From assembly GCF_006345805.1 (NCBI RefSeq), contig NC_043003.1, positions 45,694,001 through 45,758,000 of the forward strand: 64,000 bases of DNA, read 5' to 3'. Position numbers and translations under genes: made by a program. The notes below the pieces were generated by a model, which was given only the letters and a program-made list of their open reading frames with translations, ran no database searches and was not told the origin of the DNA. This DNA is from Octopus sinensis. Lineage: Eukaryota. This document shows positions 41,024 through 54,618 of this stretch, piece after piece; positions within the stretch are counted from its first letter, which is position 1, and the number at the start of each line of letters is the position of its first letter.

Positions 41024-42167
41024 GTAGGTAGGTAGGTAGGTAGGTAGGTAGGTAGGTAGGTAGATATGAGCCTAACTTTTATACAAATCATATATCAAAA
41101 CAAATGTTCCCTCATTATGTATAAGCATATATGTACTTCTTACGTTTTACGTAGCTCAAACCTGGTTATATTCCGGAGTCTCGGACAACTAACTCATACT
41201 CAAATAGAAAAACACTTATACATATACACGCATACCTTTTAATACTTGTCAAAATTGGATAAAATCCTAGCCATCAGAAAAGTATTTATGTACAAGTTAT
41301 GTGCCAGCATTCCCGTGCAGTCAGTGTATTAGCTTGCGAAATATTCCAAGCGTACATAATTCTGCTTACGCGTAATATCTGTCGAATATTATATTTGCAA
41401 CAATTGTTTTATTAATAAATGTTCAAATTTACAAGGGATGTTATCTCTGGCTGTAATTTTCTTTCCCGATATACCACCTGGTGAGTGGAATTAATTTTTA
41501 GAAAATTTTTTAGAGATTCTGAACTATGATTATGCATTGCTTCTATCAAATATTATACACAATATTTTGTATGCATGTAGATATCGAAGATTATTTGTGA
41601 CGTACCTGCTTCTAAAATATTCTAAGACAAAATATGTTTTCGAAAAATTCAATTCATTCATGACAATAGTTACATGTTAATCAAAAATATTTTTAATTTG
41701 TCAGGATATTTTGTGTGACAATAACTGCATAAATAAACAATGGCAATTGTCATATCTGTAGATTCGTATCGTTTCAAAAACAACATACGCCGGTAGTCTA
41801 TCGTAATCGTTGTGGCTTTCTTGTATAGTCGTAAATGGCTGCAAGGATTTGCGGTATCAAAAAATTTCAAATCGAACGTTCTCGTAGAAAAGGAGCCGTT
41901 GATATTTTTTTGATTTTCTTCAGAAATTACTTTTCTCTTTCTGCTCCCAATTTGTCCGTTTGAAGTTGATCGATGTATAAAAACCATAAACGTCTGTTTT
42001 ACTTAAATCAATTAGTTATATGTTTCAAATTTCCATTGAAATTCATCATTTCGGCTTATACTTTTATCGCTTTACGCTCATCTTTATTCCCCGCGTTCTG
42101 TTCTCTACTCCTGCTCCCAAGAATGACAACACCCGAAGAGTATAAATAATGCCTTACAGTTCTCTGC

Positions 42168-42235
<68 letters not shown>

Positions 42236-42253
42236 GATATATATATATATATA

Positions 42254-43532
42254 TGGGTTGTCCGGAAAGTTCGTGCCGATTTATAGTAGCTTACATTTCG
42301 ACTTATTTTAGAACAGTTTAGTCCATAAAACAGGATTTGACTACACCTCCATTTAGAACACAGTTTCAGCTATCTTTTCGCGGGAGAAGGTTTATGTTCC
42401 TATAATCTGTGTTAATTCTGTAACCCTTTAAAATGGAAGATAAAAAAGTTCATTTTCGACACTTGATGCTTTTCTTTTTCCATAAAAGGAAAAATGCCTC
42501 AAGCAACCAAAGAAATATGCGCAGTTTACGTTGATGTTTCTTTATCCAAAAAAATTTACGGAAGTGGTTCGCAAAGTTCCGAGCTGGAGATTGTAGCGTT
42601 ATTGATAAAGAGCGATCAGGCAGACCATCCACTACAGATGATGACCAAATCAAGTCATTAATTGCGAATAACCCACATTGCAAAACCAAAGAAATGGCAG
42701 AAAGCCTCAACCTATCAAAATCTGTCGTTCATGTGCACCTGGTAAAGATTGGGTACACAAATCGCTATGATGTTTATGTACCACATGAGTTGAGTAAGAA
42801 GAACATTTTGGATCGCATTTCCATCTGTGATTCGCTTTATAAACGGAATGAAAACGCGCCTTTTTTTAAAGCAAATTGTGACAGGTGAAGAGAAATGGAT
42901 TATCTACTGAAATGTTCAGAGAAAGCGATCCTGGAGAAAGTGACATGAGCCACCCTTAGCCACCCCCAAAGCGGGATTTCACCCTAAAAACGTATTGCTT
43001 TGTTTCTGGTGGGATTGGAAAGGAATTCTGTACTATGAGCTTCTCCCAAGTAACCAGACAATTAATTCTAAGAAATCTTGCAAACAACTGGGCGAGTTAA
43101 AAGCAGCAATTCAAGGGAAACGTCCAGAATTGGCCAACAGGAAGGGTGTTGTTTTCCAACATGGTGATGCAAGACCACACGTTTCTTTGGGAACCAAACA
43201 AAAATTGATGCACCTCGGCTGGGATGTGTTATCCCATCCTCCATATTTACCAGATATTGCCCCTTCGGATTTCCACTTATTCAGGTCTCTGCAGAATAGT
43301 CTTAATGGTAAACATTTCGATTCCTTTGATGACGTAAAAATATACCTTGATGAATTCTTTGACATGAAACCACCTCAATTCTGGGAAGAGGCTATTTTCA
43401 AGTTAAAGGAAAGATGGAGACGCATTGTGCAACAAAATCGTTCATATTTGGATGATTAAAAATGTAATGGCAAGTATTTATTGACCTTTTTCTTTCTTTT
43501 AAGAATCGGTACGAACTTTCCGGACAACCTAA
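42254..43532 (+). mobile_element. Full-length mariner (mellifera-like) with TIRs; transposase pseudogene at 42433-43459
   Basis: TIR TGGGTTGTCCGGAAAGTTCGTGCCGATT versus AATCGGTACGAACTTTCCGGACAACCTAA; MEDKKVHFRHL..., YVPHELS, TGEEKW, HGDARPH, YLPDIAPSDFHLFRSLQN; frameshifts; first two catalytic D residues altered. Confidence 0.93.
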
Positions 43533-43682
43533 TATATACGTATATTTGTATACATATAAACATACAATATATGTGAGTATGTATATGTGTGTTTGCGTGT
43601 GTGCTTGTGTGTTTGTATATACGTATGTGGTTTTACAATATGAATGCATGTATACAATGATGTATACAAAAATCACACTCAC

Positions 43683-43752
43683 GTCAAGCAGCGTGTGCTT
43701 TGACGCTATTCTGTACTTCATAGCAAATCAGAGTTTTCAGTCGTCACTGCGT
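43683..43752 (-). CDS. Candidate exon with 5'UTR and possible start codon (MKYRIASKHTLLD from 43721)
   Basis: Strong acceptor tcttttattcaatctcatcgtttgtag|A and donor GAC|gtgagt. All three frames read from the acceptor hit stops, so any coding must start at the internal ATG. Confidence 0.35.
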
Positions 43753-44121
43753 CTACAAACGATGAGATTGAATAAAAGACAGTTGCGTTCAGTTTACTTT
43801 GTATTTAATTCAGTTTAGATGCATACAGTCTCTGTTGAAATCTTAGAGACACTCTAAAATACTGTATGTGTATGTGATGTCTGTGTGTGTGTGTGTGTGT
43901 AGATGCGTGATGCGTTTGTGTGCGTGTAAACCTATATATATATATTATATATATATATATATATACACATATATATATATATATTCTTTTACTATTCTTC
44001 TACTCTTTTACTTGTTTCACTCACTTGACAGTGGCCATGCTGGAGTACTATATATATACATATACACATATTTACATCACAAAAGACTTTCTTCTATTGT
44101 CACAGACACACAGACACACAG

Positions 44122-44190
<69 letters not shown>

Positions 44191-44214
44191 CATACGTATG
44201 TATGTATGTACGTG

Positions 44215-44286
<72 letters not shown>

Positions 44287-45089
44287 TGTGTGTGTGTGTG
44301 TGTGTATTAGATTGAATTTTGTTAACTGAAACAAAATCATTAGGAAGAAAGCTGTAGATTATTTGTTAAAACTTGAAATCGAAATCAAACCCGAGCCATT
44401 GAATTGATTAAATATTGTAAAATCAAGAGACAACCCACCAGTTGTGTATATATTGAATTTGCTAGTGTACTGACACGAACTTACTTTACTTTAAATCATT
44501 TGCCTGGAATCTGTTTCATCATAAAAGACTATTTTGTGAAGGAAATAGTTTTGAATGAAATTTGATCTTTGTTAATAAACAAGTACCAAGTTGACGATAA
44601 CGGAATTAGCATTGCTATGTTTGATATCTTATATTTCGACATCATATGTTGGAACAGAATATAACACATGATATTTGAGAACTGCCTTAATATATAATAT
44701 TAATTCTTTTCGAAATATAAGAGTGTATTTTATAAATATATTTGATAAGAATCTTTACACAGATGGGAAAATCTGAATGGAAGGGTTGCATAAGAGGATT
44801 TCAGAGACTTGTAGACATAGAAAAAAAAATATATATTTAACATTTTTTTTTATAGATAAAAGGATTTCAAGACTAACTCATAAATCGACAGAACAAAGTT
44901 GAGTAATTAGTGTTATTTAGATTAGTAATTATGTTCAACAACATCTAATAAGAAAATCGAAAATGATGACTAATGTCTCTGCAAAAATCTATACCTAATC
45001 AATCAGCTATTGTAAATCGAGACGCGAAAGGACGTGGGGAAAATAATGCTACATCATAATCACAGATACATTGGCATTTTTTCTCATTT

Positions 45090-45133
<44 letters not shown>

Positions 45134-45574
45134 TGTTACTTACTAGGTGTGGAGGAAGAGGCAATATCTATGGCCCATGTAAATACTACTTGATTAAATA
45201 ATCTAGCAACACAAAACGATCCTTCATACACAAACTCTACAGAGCAGTATCCTCAACTATCAATAACTTTTTTCCATAACTTTACTTAAGAAGGTTCTTA
45301 ACCCTGAAATATTCAAATACCACGTAATATTAGGAAATATCGGCCACCTGTATCATGAATGTTTATAGCTTGCGTTGCTTTCGCTTTCAAAAAAAATTTA
45401 AAACGTTCATATATATATATATATCAGACGAACATCAGACAAGACTTCCGGAAATTTATATTACATATGTGTTGTGTGTGTGTGCATACTTATATATAGG
45501 GAGATAGATAGATAAACAAACAGACAGACAGATACATACATACATATATACATACATGCATATATATATATTTA

Positions 45575-45840
45575 TAATGATCACTCCGTCGGTTACGACG
45601 ACGAGTGTCCCAGCTGATACATTCATCGGAACAGCTTGATCATGAAATTAATGTGCAAGTGGCTGAGCATTCTACAGACACGTGTACTTTAACGTAGTTA
45701 TCAAAGAGATTCGCGTGACAGAAAATGTGACAAGCAGTACTCATTTTTGCCAGCTGAGAGGACTGGAGCAACGCGAAATAAGGTGTCTTGCTCAAGGACA
45801 GAAAGCGTCGTCGCCTGAATGCCGTAAACACTGAGCCATG
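45575..45840 (-). mobile_element. Octopus SINE fragment with CORE-like segment
   Basis: Contains GGACTGGAGCAACGCGAAATAAGGTGTCTTGCTCAAGGAC, the reverse complement of the core in 54619-54947. Confidence 0.75.
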
Positions 45841-45845
45841 CACCT

Positions 45846-45887
<42 letters not shown>

Positions 45888-46039
45888 ATATATATATACT
45901 ATATTGTGAGTTAACAAGGCTACCAATGATTTCATATAAAAGAAGAATCTTGATGATTATTAAACTGGCACAAGGGAACGTTTTTACTCATAGCCATTTT
46001 GAATTAGACGAGTACCAACGTTCTCCTGTGACAGGCTTG

Positions 46040-46640
46040 ATAATTGTTATAAGATTCCTCTTTACATGTACAGAAAAGGACAATGACGTATAGTGGAGAG
46101 ACAGCTCGTAGCATCGGTGAAAGGATAATTGAAAACTGGTGGGAATTCAAAGAGAGGAAAACCTCGTCAGTGCTATAAGAACATGCTAAACTACAGAATG
46201 CACATTCGGTAGATGACATAGATGTTAGAATCTTATCGACACATAGCCCAGACACTGCTTTCAGAAAGATTAAGGAGGCCACACACATAAGAGAAAACAA
46301 ACCCAGCTTTAACAGGAAACGTAAATGGAATAACACGTGCCACTACCCCGCAACTCGACGACTAAAGACAATAATAAATAAATAATTAGATGGGTACAGT
46401 GTAATATACAAACACTTATACACATACACATGGCACACATATCCATACCTAACTCGGACACGCACAAGTACAGGCGTAAACGCATTCGCAGATAGGATTA
46501 CACACCAAAGACAAAATGGAACAGAAAGTCACTGAAGAGGTCACAAGATGTGTGACGAAAGAACTCGGATAATGAATAGTGCGTGTGCTTATTGGCAAAA
46601 GGAAAAAAGAAAATGACCATACCCAAATCTAACAATATTT
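46040..46640 (+). mobile_element. Penelope 3' end: GIY-YIG remnant plus pLTR with hammerhead-like motif
   Basis: TYSGETARSIGERIIE...SVL*EHA...RKIKEATHIRENKPSFNR, then CTGAAGA-G-GTCAC..GTGAC-GAAA at 46532-46560. Confidence 0.82.
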
Positions 46641-46942
46641 TTTAATTTACATTTACAACTTTACTAATGTGCAGCAAGGGCGATGAATGAACACTATCAT
46701 TTGTGAATTTCCTGCGATTTTTCAGATTAAAATTTCAACGAATTCAACTTTGCATTTCACTCATCCGATATTCCAGGCTAATGTTGAAGTGCAAACCTCT
46801 CTCCTTCTCTCTTCCTCTCTGTCTCTTGCTACCTCCTGTCCCCACTCTCTTCGCTTCCTAGTTTTCCCCCTTTCCTTGACTCTCTTCCCCCCTCCTTCTT
46901 ACTAACTCTCTCCATCCATCCCTCTCTCTGCCTCACCCTTTT

Positions 46943-46983
<41 letters not shown>

Positions 46984-47192
46984 TTGACTTTTCTATTGGG
47001 CTATGGCTAAGAGAGTCGAATAGGTGACTGTCTCTCCTCACAATTAAATGGGGACCGAAAACACATAAGCAAAATATTTGTGAGAAGCCGATGCTAAGTC
47101 ATTCTCGATTGTGAGCAACATTCGATATTTCGCTGCGCTGCATTTATTTACGGTCAATTTCATTCATTTTGTTGATGCTGCACGCACGCGCG

Positions 47193-47296
<104 letters not shown>

Positions 47297-47323
47297 GTAT
47301 ATATATTATATATATATTATATA

Positions 47324-47367
<44 letters not shown>

Positions 47368-47968
47368 TATAGATAGATATGTAAGTATATATATATACCT
47401 ACATGTGTGTATATATACATACACAGAGGGAAAGAGACTGAGAGATATGACTACACGAGAACAATCAAAGAATGGGAAACCAGAATGTAATGTGACCACT
47501 GGCAGAGAAATCAAGCAAACACACTTACATTGAAAGACAGTATATTACAAGAATAACAGAATATAAAAAGCAATTAGACGCTTTTTAGGAAATAACGTCT
47601 GGCCTCAATAGACCGGAAGATATAATCGCGACACAGAGAATAATATAAGCTCTACAGTGAAATTTAATACTCTTACATATATAAATATTCAATATAGATT
47701 AGAGACGGAAAGAAAATATCTGTTTCTTATATAATCATAAGAATTAATATTTATAATGAAAGAGAAATGAAAATATAAATTATGTGATTATAGTGCGTTT
47801 ACGGAACCATGTAATAAGGATTGCTACAAACATATACATAACCATGAGATATAACATTACCATTACAAAAGTGTAGCAAGTGCTTGAAAGGCTAAGCATT
47901 ATTATACTTGCAAAATGTACACACACGGACACTCACACACTTATATACATACATACATGCATACGTAC

Positions 47969-48053
<85 letters not shown>

Positions 48054-48084
48054 TATATATATATACGTGTGTGTATGTGTGGAG

Positions 48085-48285
48085 GCGCGTGGCTTCGTGC
48101 TTAGGGTGTCAGCATCATGATCATAAGATTATGGTTTCATTTCACGTTGCTCCAGTCCCCTCAGCTGGCAAAAATGAGTAACGCTGCGATGGAGTGGCAT
48201 CCCGTCCAGCTGGGGAACACATACGCCATTGAAACCGGGAAACCGGGCCCATGAGCCTGGCTAGACTTTAAAAGGGCGCATTTAT
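48085..48285 (+). mobile_element. Octopus SINE, internally deleted (same family as 54619)
   Basis: GGAGGCGCGTGGCTT...TTTCACGTTGCTCCAGTCCCCTCAGCTGGCAAAAATGAGT...ATGAGCCTGGCTAGACTTTAAAAGGGCGCAT. Confidence 0.75.
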
Positions 48286-49157
48286 TTATCTTATATACAG
48301 ATAAGTTACAGAATATAACTGCTAAACTGATGATCTAAGCACAAGGAGTTATAGCAAGACTCACTCCCCTTCCCAGAATAAAGGTAAGAATACAGCAACC
48401 ACTAATAAACCTTGAACTGCAGAGGATATTAAGTCTGCAAATAAAACTAGAAGGGATAGAAGGAAAGAAGACATTGAAAAAATTCATTAAACTCTTCTTA
48501 CTGCACGTAGTGATGGACATTCAGAGTATCTATTTCTAAGTTACTCTATACGTTATCCCAACATAAAATATTTAACTCATACACAAACGCACTGTTAAGT
48601 TATGGAGCCCACCACACCATACATGCCGTAGAATATTGTACGATGAATAATAGGAAGTTATGCGCTAACATAACTTTGTAACAGAACATAGTTATCTCAA
48701 TTCTAGCCAATGTAATCCTAGCAGTTCGCGATAACAGGACATACAGAGAAACATACGTATCTAAGTTAGGTTCGACAGTCAGTAATGATGCCACTCCTAA
48801 CGAGTCTTCTCTAACCACATTCCAATGAAATTGTAGAATTCCAAATGAAGGTCCTAACCAGTGCCTTACAAAGGCCTCATTACATAAGCGCCACATGGTC
48901 TCAGTTTAAACGAGGAATTTACAATCATGTGTAATCATTTAAGAACCCATGCAAATGCAAAATTGCACCATTAGCTGAATTGATATGGGACTTAAAAATG
49001 AGAGGTTCCTATATATTATTGTTATCAATGATATTATTATTGCTGAACCTAGATTTTAGCTCATTTCTTACTGCCTTTATCCGTTGCTATGTTTTTCTTT
49101 TACTTTTTTTCACATTTATCGTACTCTAGTGTTTATACTTCATTGTTATTTAATTTT

Positions 49158-49160
<3 letters not shown>

Positions 49161-49209
<49 letters not shown>

Positions 49210-49287
49210 CCATCATCATTATAATCATTAGTAGTAGTATTATTATCATTATTATTATTGTTATTATTATTGTTATTATTATTATTA

Positions 49288-49346
<59 letters not shown>
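49161..49346. repeat. (CAT)n-(TAT)n microsatellite
   Basis: Direct reading. Confidence 0.95.
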
Positions 49347-49347
<1 letters not shown>

Positions 49348-49429
49348 AGGCAATGATCTGGCAGAAGTAGGGTACACCAAGCACATGCATCAAAGACATA
49401 TGCGTGACATGGTGATCTCATACAAAATT

Positions 49430-49524
49430 CCTTTACTTTCGACATATGCTTCGAAGACTGCATACTCTTAATTCCGAAGGAATGAAGGTTGCATTATGCC
49501 GTCTTCTCATCAGGAAATACAAGG
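49430..49524 (-). ncRNA. Type I hammerhead ribozyme, one core substitution (GAAG for GAAA)
   Basis: CCUUGUAUUUC-CUGAUGA-GAAGAC...GUCUUC-GAAGC-AUAU-GUC/GAAAGUAAAGG; the inverted partial copy at 49601-49656 keeps GAAAC. Confidence 0.8.
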
Positions 49525-49686
49525 AACCTCTATCAGCCTCAAGCCGAACAAAAGCTTCTTAATGACTGCCTACATGTAGGTAGTCATTAAGAAGCTTTTG
49601 TTCGGAATTAAGAGTATGCAGTCTTCGAAACATATGTCGAAAGTAAAGGAATTTTGTTAAAATCTTCGTTCGACTCCATTCTTTAC

Positions 49687-49724
<38 letters not shown>

Positions 49725-49883
49725 TATATATATATGTATATAATAATAATATTAGGGAATAAATCCAAATTTACAGGGAAAAATCAGATTTAGGATTGAA
49801 TCCAATTTTATAGTAAAATATTATATAATATGAATTAGAGACAAAACCACTATTTTGCAAATCAAACAAGGAAAGACTTATGT

Positions 49884-49919
<36 letters not shown>

Positions 49920-50329
49920 ATTTTAAAATAGGATAAAATCTTTATATGAATTTATCAAGTTGTTATCAAGCGTGAAAAACCTCATAAGGGAAAAATTTAT
50001 TAGTTATTCCCTTTAAATATATTTTTTATATTAAGGGCATTACTATACATAAATGCCTTACGCTATAAGGGATTCTTCAAATCAAATCTACCATAATGTA
50101 TATTTTAGCGTATTATGTATGTGTGTACGTGTGTGGGGGCATGGGTGTGTGACTGTGTGTATGTGTATGTATGTATGTATGTATGTATGTATGTATGTAT
50201 GTATGAATGGATGGATGGATGTATGTATGTATGGATGGATGTAGTTGTATGTATGAATGCATGTTTATCATGGTAGTTTTGACTTTAAGAGTCCCTCCTA
50301 GTGTGAGGCATTTATGTATAGTAATGCCT

Positions 50330-50367
<38 letters not shown>

Positions 50368-51179
50368 ATATATATACACACATATAAATCAGCATACTTC
50401 AAGATGTAATTTCATAATACAGTTTTTCAGAAAGTTCAGTAAGTTCGCACTTAAATATAGATATTAGTGCAGAAATGTTGTAGTAATCAAACGCAAAAAC
50501 ACAAATCCAGAGATAGATATTAAATTAGATAAGTATTATAAAACGAAACATAAGTTTCAATTTTGTAATCAACCAAAATATTCGTCTGTGCAATAAGGTC
50601 TATATATGGAGATGTCTTTCTTTTCTTATGCAGCTGTAGTTATCGCTAAATGAAAGTGAAGCAAAAAGAAAGAAATCTAAGCAGAACGATTACATTATTA
50701 GAAGAAAAAAGCATTCGTATATAAACAAGCCTTAGAAAAACTACTAAAAAAAACTGAATTTTAAAATTGAAAATCACTTATACTTATTCTCATACGCATA
50801 CACGCATACATACACACATACATACACACGTACGTACATACATACATACATACACACATAGATGTACAAACAAACATACATACAGACACTTACACAGACA
50901 CACAGACACTTACACAGACACACACACATACTCCCACACGTAGCCACACATACATAATACATACATACATACGCTAATATATACATACACACATTATATA
51001 TATATGTATATGCACATACATATATACATACACACACGCACGATTACATACATACATATATTTACACACATAGACATAGAAACATACATACGAAGTACAT
51101 ACATACGCATATACATACATACGTACATACATACATACATAAATACATACATACATACATACATACATACATACATACA

Positions 51180-51213
<34 letters not shown>

Positions 51214-51948
51214 CACACACACGTATTTTTTTATCAGATAAATTCGTTACTCTCTTTCTAATTAGTTTTGAATTAACACAAAACATATTTTTATCGTAAT
51301 ATTTTATATTTGTGGCCGTTTCCATCCTCAACATCCTTTGTTTATCGTTTCTGAAGTTCTCATAAATTTTACTTCTTTTCAGACAGTTGACGATGGATGC
51401 CAAACTAGAAAACATTTTCGCCACCTGTTTCTCTCCCTGGTAGTCCATGACCTAAAGCTCCCAAATCCACTCCAGACTTCTGCGCTGAGTGCGGCGAAGC
51501 TGTTATTATTTTTGAAAACACAAAAAGCTTTCAAACCTCAAAAAGAGGAAATTTTACCTTACAGTTTATTGGCTTTCCGGCCTGAAACTTCACTTCAATA
51601 AGCATCGATCGAACGAGCTAAACTACGGAGATCCATGCCAATCCCATTGCAGATTGGTGCATCAGATGAGAGGATTTCTTTATACCATCGCCCATCACCT
51701 ACACTCGCTGAGTGTCTAAAAACCCGGCGCATGAGTGCCACACGATCTGAACGAATGATACATACTTCGTTACGTATTAAATTAAAATGGGAAAAAACTG
51801 AAACTGAACGAATTCCTCTCTCTCTCTCTGTCTCTCTCTCACTTTCTCTCCCTTACACGCACACACACACGCACACATAGATATGTTAAATTCTATGTCA
51901 TATATAGTAGTAATAGTAACAGCACTGCTGCGACTACTACTACTACTA

Positions 51949-51991
<43 letters not shown>

Positions 51992-52240
51992 GCTACTGCT
52001 GCTGCTGCTGCTGCTACCACAGCCTTTATCTATTAAATAGTCTTAGTCTGCTTTTAATTACATAAAAAAATTTGGTTAGTAAAGTTACGATGGTGTAACA
52101 GAGAAATGTGTATAAGATATATATGTGCGTATGTATGTGTGTGTGTATGTATATATGTGTTATATAAATTATTTATATACATATATGTATATATATATTT
52201 ACATAAATTATATATACATAAATATATATATACATACATG

Positions 52241-52271
<31 letters not shown>

Positions 52272-52610
52272 TGTGTGTGTTTGCGGATGTAGAAAAAGAT
52301 GTTCGTAAAAAATAGTACCACGAGAATGACGATATTATATCCTCATAAGTAGGATTGTCTAGGAATTCTGCAATCGCTGCGAATTTTTTTTTTCACTTTT
52401 TTTCAGAATTACGTTAGAAATGAAATGAATATTTAAGTTTTCGTTTTCTCACATGAACTATACAATGTGAGAAGTTAAATAGTAGCTAAGGGATTTCACT
52501 AAAAATTTATGCGAAACAGCACATTCGTTTTTGAATAGTTTCCTACGCTCTCAAACATGTATTGATAACTCATGCTTCCATTTATACGTCCAAATATGCG
52601 TATATATATG

Positions 52611-52700
<90 letters not shown>

Positions 52701-54490
52701 CAGGCATACCTCGACTACGCCGGTTTTCAAAAATAATTTAGGGAAAAATAAAAATTAAGTTAAGTCATTTTACTCGACTTTACGTCTGTCCGCCACAGAT
52801 ATTGGAATCGTAAAATCACTACAAAACCGTTAAAAGCACATACTGTACAATAAATAAGATTTATTTAGGATTAGTCGGACAACACAATAAGGACAAGATT
52901 TGAAGCCCCAGGGGTGAAGAATATTCTCATCAATAAGATAAGATGCAAAATCTTTGAAGAAATGGAAAGTCTTCTTTCTCATTGGATTGTTAGGTTGAGT
53001 CGTCAGCGTGCTACTATTATTCAAGAAATCATTCAAGAGAAAGCGTTGTCTTTGGGGACTGATAAAAAGTCAAGGATGGTTCATGAGATTTAAAGAGCGA
53101 AGAAGTTATCACTCTATAAAGAAGCAGGGTGAAAGTTCATCAGCTGACGAACAAGCAGCAGCGAAATTTCCTAATGCATTAAAGAAAATCATCGAAGAAA
53201 ACGGGTTTCTTCCTCAACAGATTTTTAACGTAGACGAGACTGGATTGTATTGGAAAAAATTGCCGACCGTTCGTTCATTTCCAAAGAGGAGAAAACTATT
53301 CTAGGCTACGAAGTCTTAAAAGTAGTGTGACCATTATTTTGGGAGGTAATGACGCAGGAGATTTTAAGTTAAAGCCAATGCTTGTGTGGCATGCACACAA
53401 CCCGCATGCTCTGAAGCACATACCCAAGGCATCTCTCCCTGTTATATGGATGGCTAATTCAAAAGCATGGATTACTGCTGTTGATTTTGAAGATTGGTTC
53501 TTCTATCATTTATCCCAGCAGCAGAGAAATACTGTAAGGAGAACGGAATTCCTTTTAAGGTTTTAAGGTTTTACTTATCTTAGATAATGCTCCTGGCCAC
53601 GCGCAAAGCATCGTAGACTTTGACCCCAACGTTACCGTCATATACCTCCCTCAGAACACCACGTCTCTTCTGCAGCCAATTGATCAGGGAATAATTGCTA
53701 TCTTTAAGTGTTACTATATGAAGCGCACGCTGCGGCAAGCAATAGCTGCAATGGATCTTGATGAGTCCATCACACTTCCTGACTTTTGGAAGAGATACTA
53801 TATCTACAAGACTGTACAGAACATAGTAGCGGCATGGAATGATGTACGGAGCACGGCTATGAATGGAAGAAGCTTTGCCTGCAATTCGTGAATGATTTTA
53901 AGGGGATTGATAATGTTGCCATCAACGAAATGTTGGTGACTACAAGCAAAGAACGGGAAATGTATTTGGAGGAGGAGGATTTTACAAATTTATTTGAAAA
54001 AGACAAGCAGCCCCATACGAACGGGGATTTGATAGAGATCCACGAGGAGCAATATAAGGAAGAGAGGAAGTCGAACTTGAAGCAAGCATTTGCATATATC
54101 GAAAAAGGTCTTTTTATGTTCGAGGATAGGGATCCAAATGCTCAACGCTTTTCCAAGATTATGGGGGTTTGTCACGAAGCTCCTTATAATGTAATCCTTG
54201 AGGAAAAGATGACAGCTCAAGGAACTCTCAACCGGGTTTTTTTAAGCGCATCGAACAACAAGAACAGCCAGAGTCACCTGTTGATGTTGACGATCCACAG
54301 CCATCTCCATCCGCAATGTAAACTACCAAATTGCTTTTACGTATTGGTACATTTAAAATAATTTAGTTATTTGTTTTTACTATTGCAATATAATAATAGT
54401 GAATTTGTTTTTTAAGCTTAAAAGAAGCTTTTATTTTACCATATCTTATTGAAAACGGCATTCATAAATAAAGTGTCCGCGATGTAGGGT
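52701..54490 (+). mobile_element. Tigger/pogo (TIGD1-like) DNA transposon remnant
   Basis: Left end TA|CAGGCATACCTCG; CENP-B HTH (EEMESLLSHW, IIQEKA, SQGWFMRFK); DDE motifs DETG, LILDNAPGH, QPIDQG; no intact right TIR found. Confidence 0.88.
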
Positions 54491-54618
54491 AAACATCGCC
54501 AAATTGCATTCGTAAATTTAGATTATATTTCTTTTACTATACAGTATTGAAAAATAAAAGTTATTTTTTGTAAGCTTAAAATGGGTTTTATTAACCATGT
54601 ATTATATTAACCTATTAT

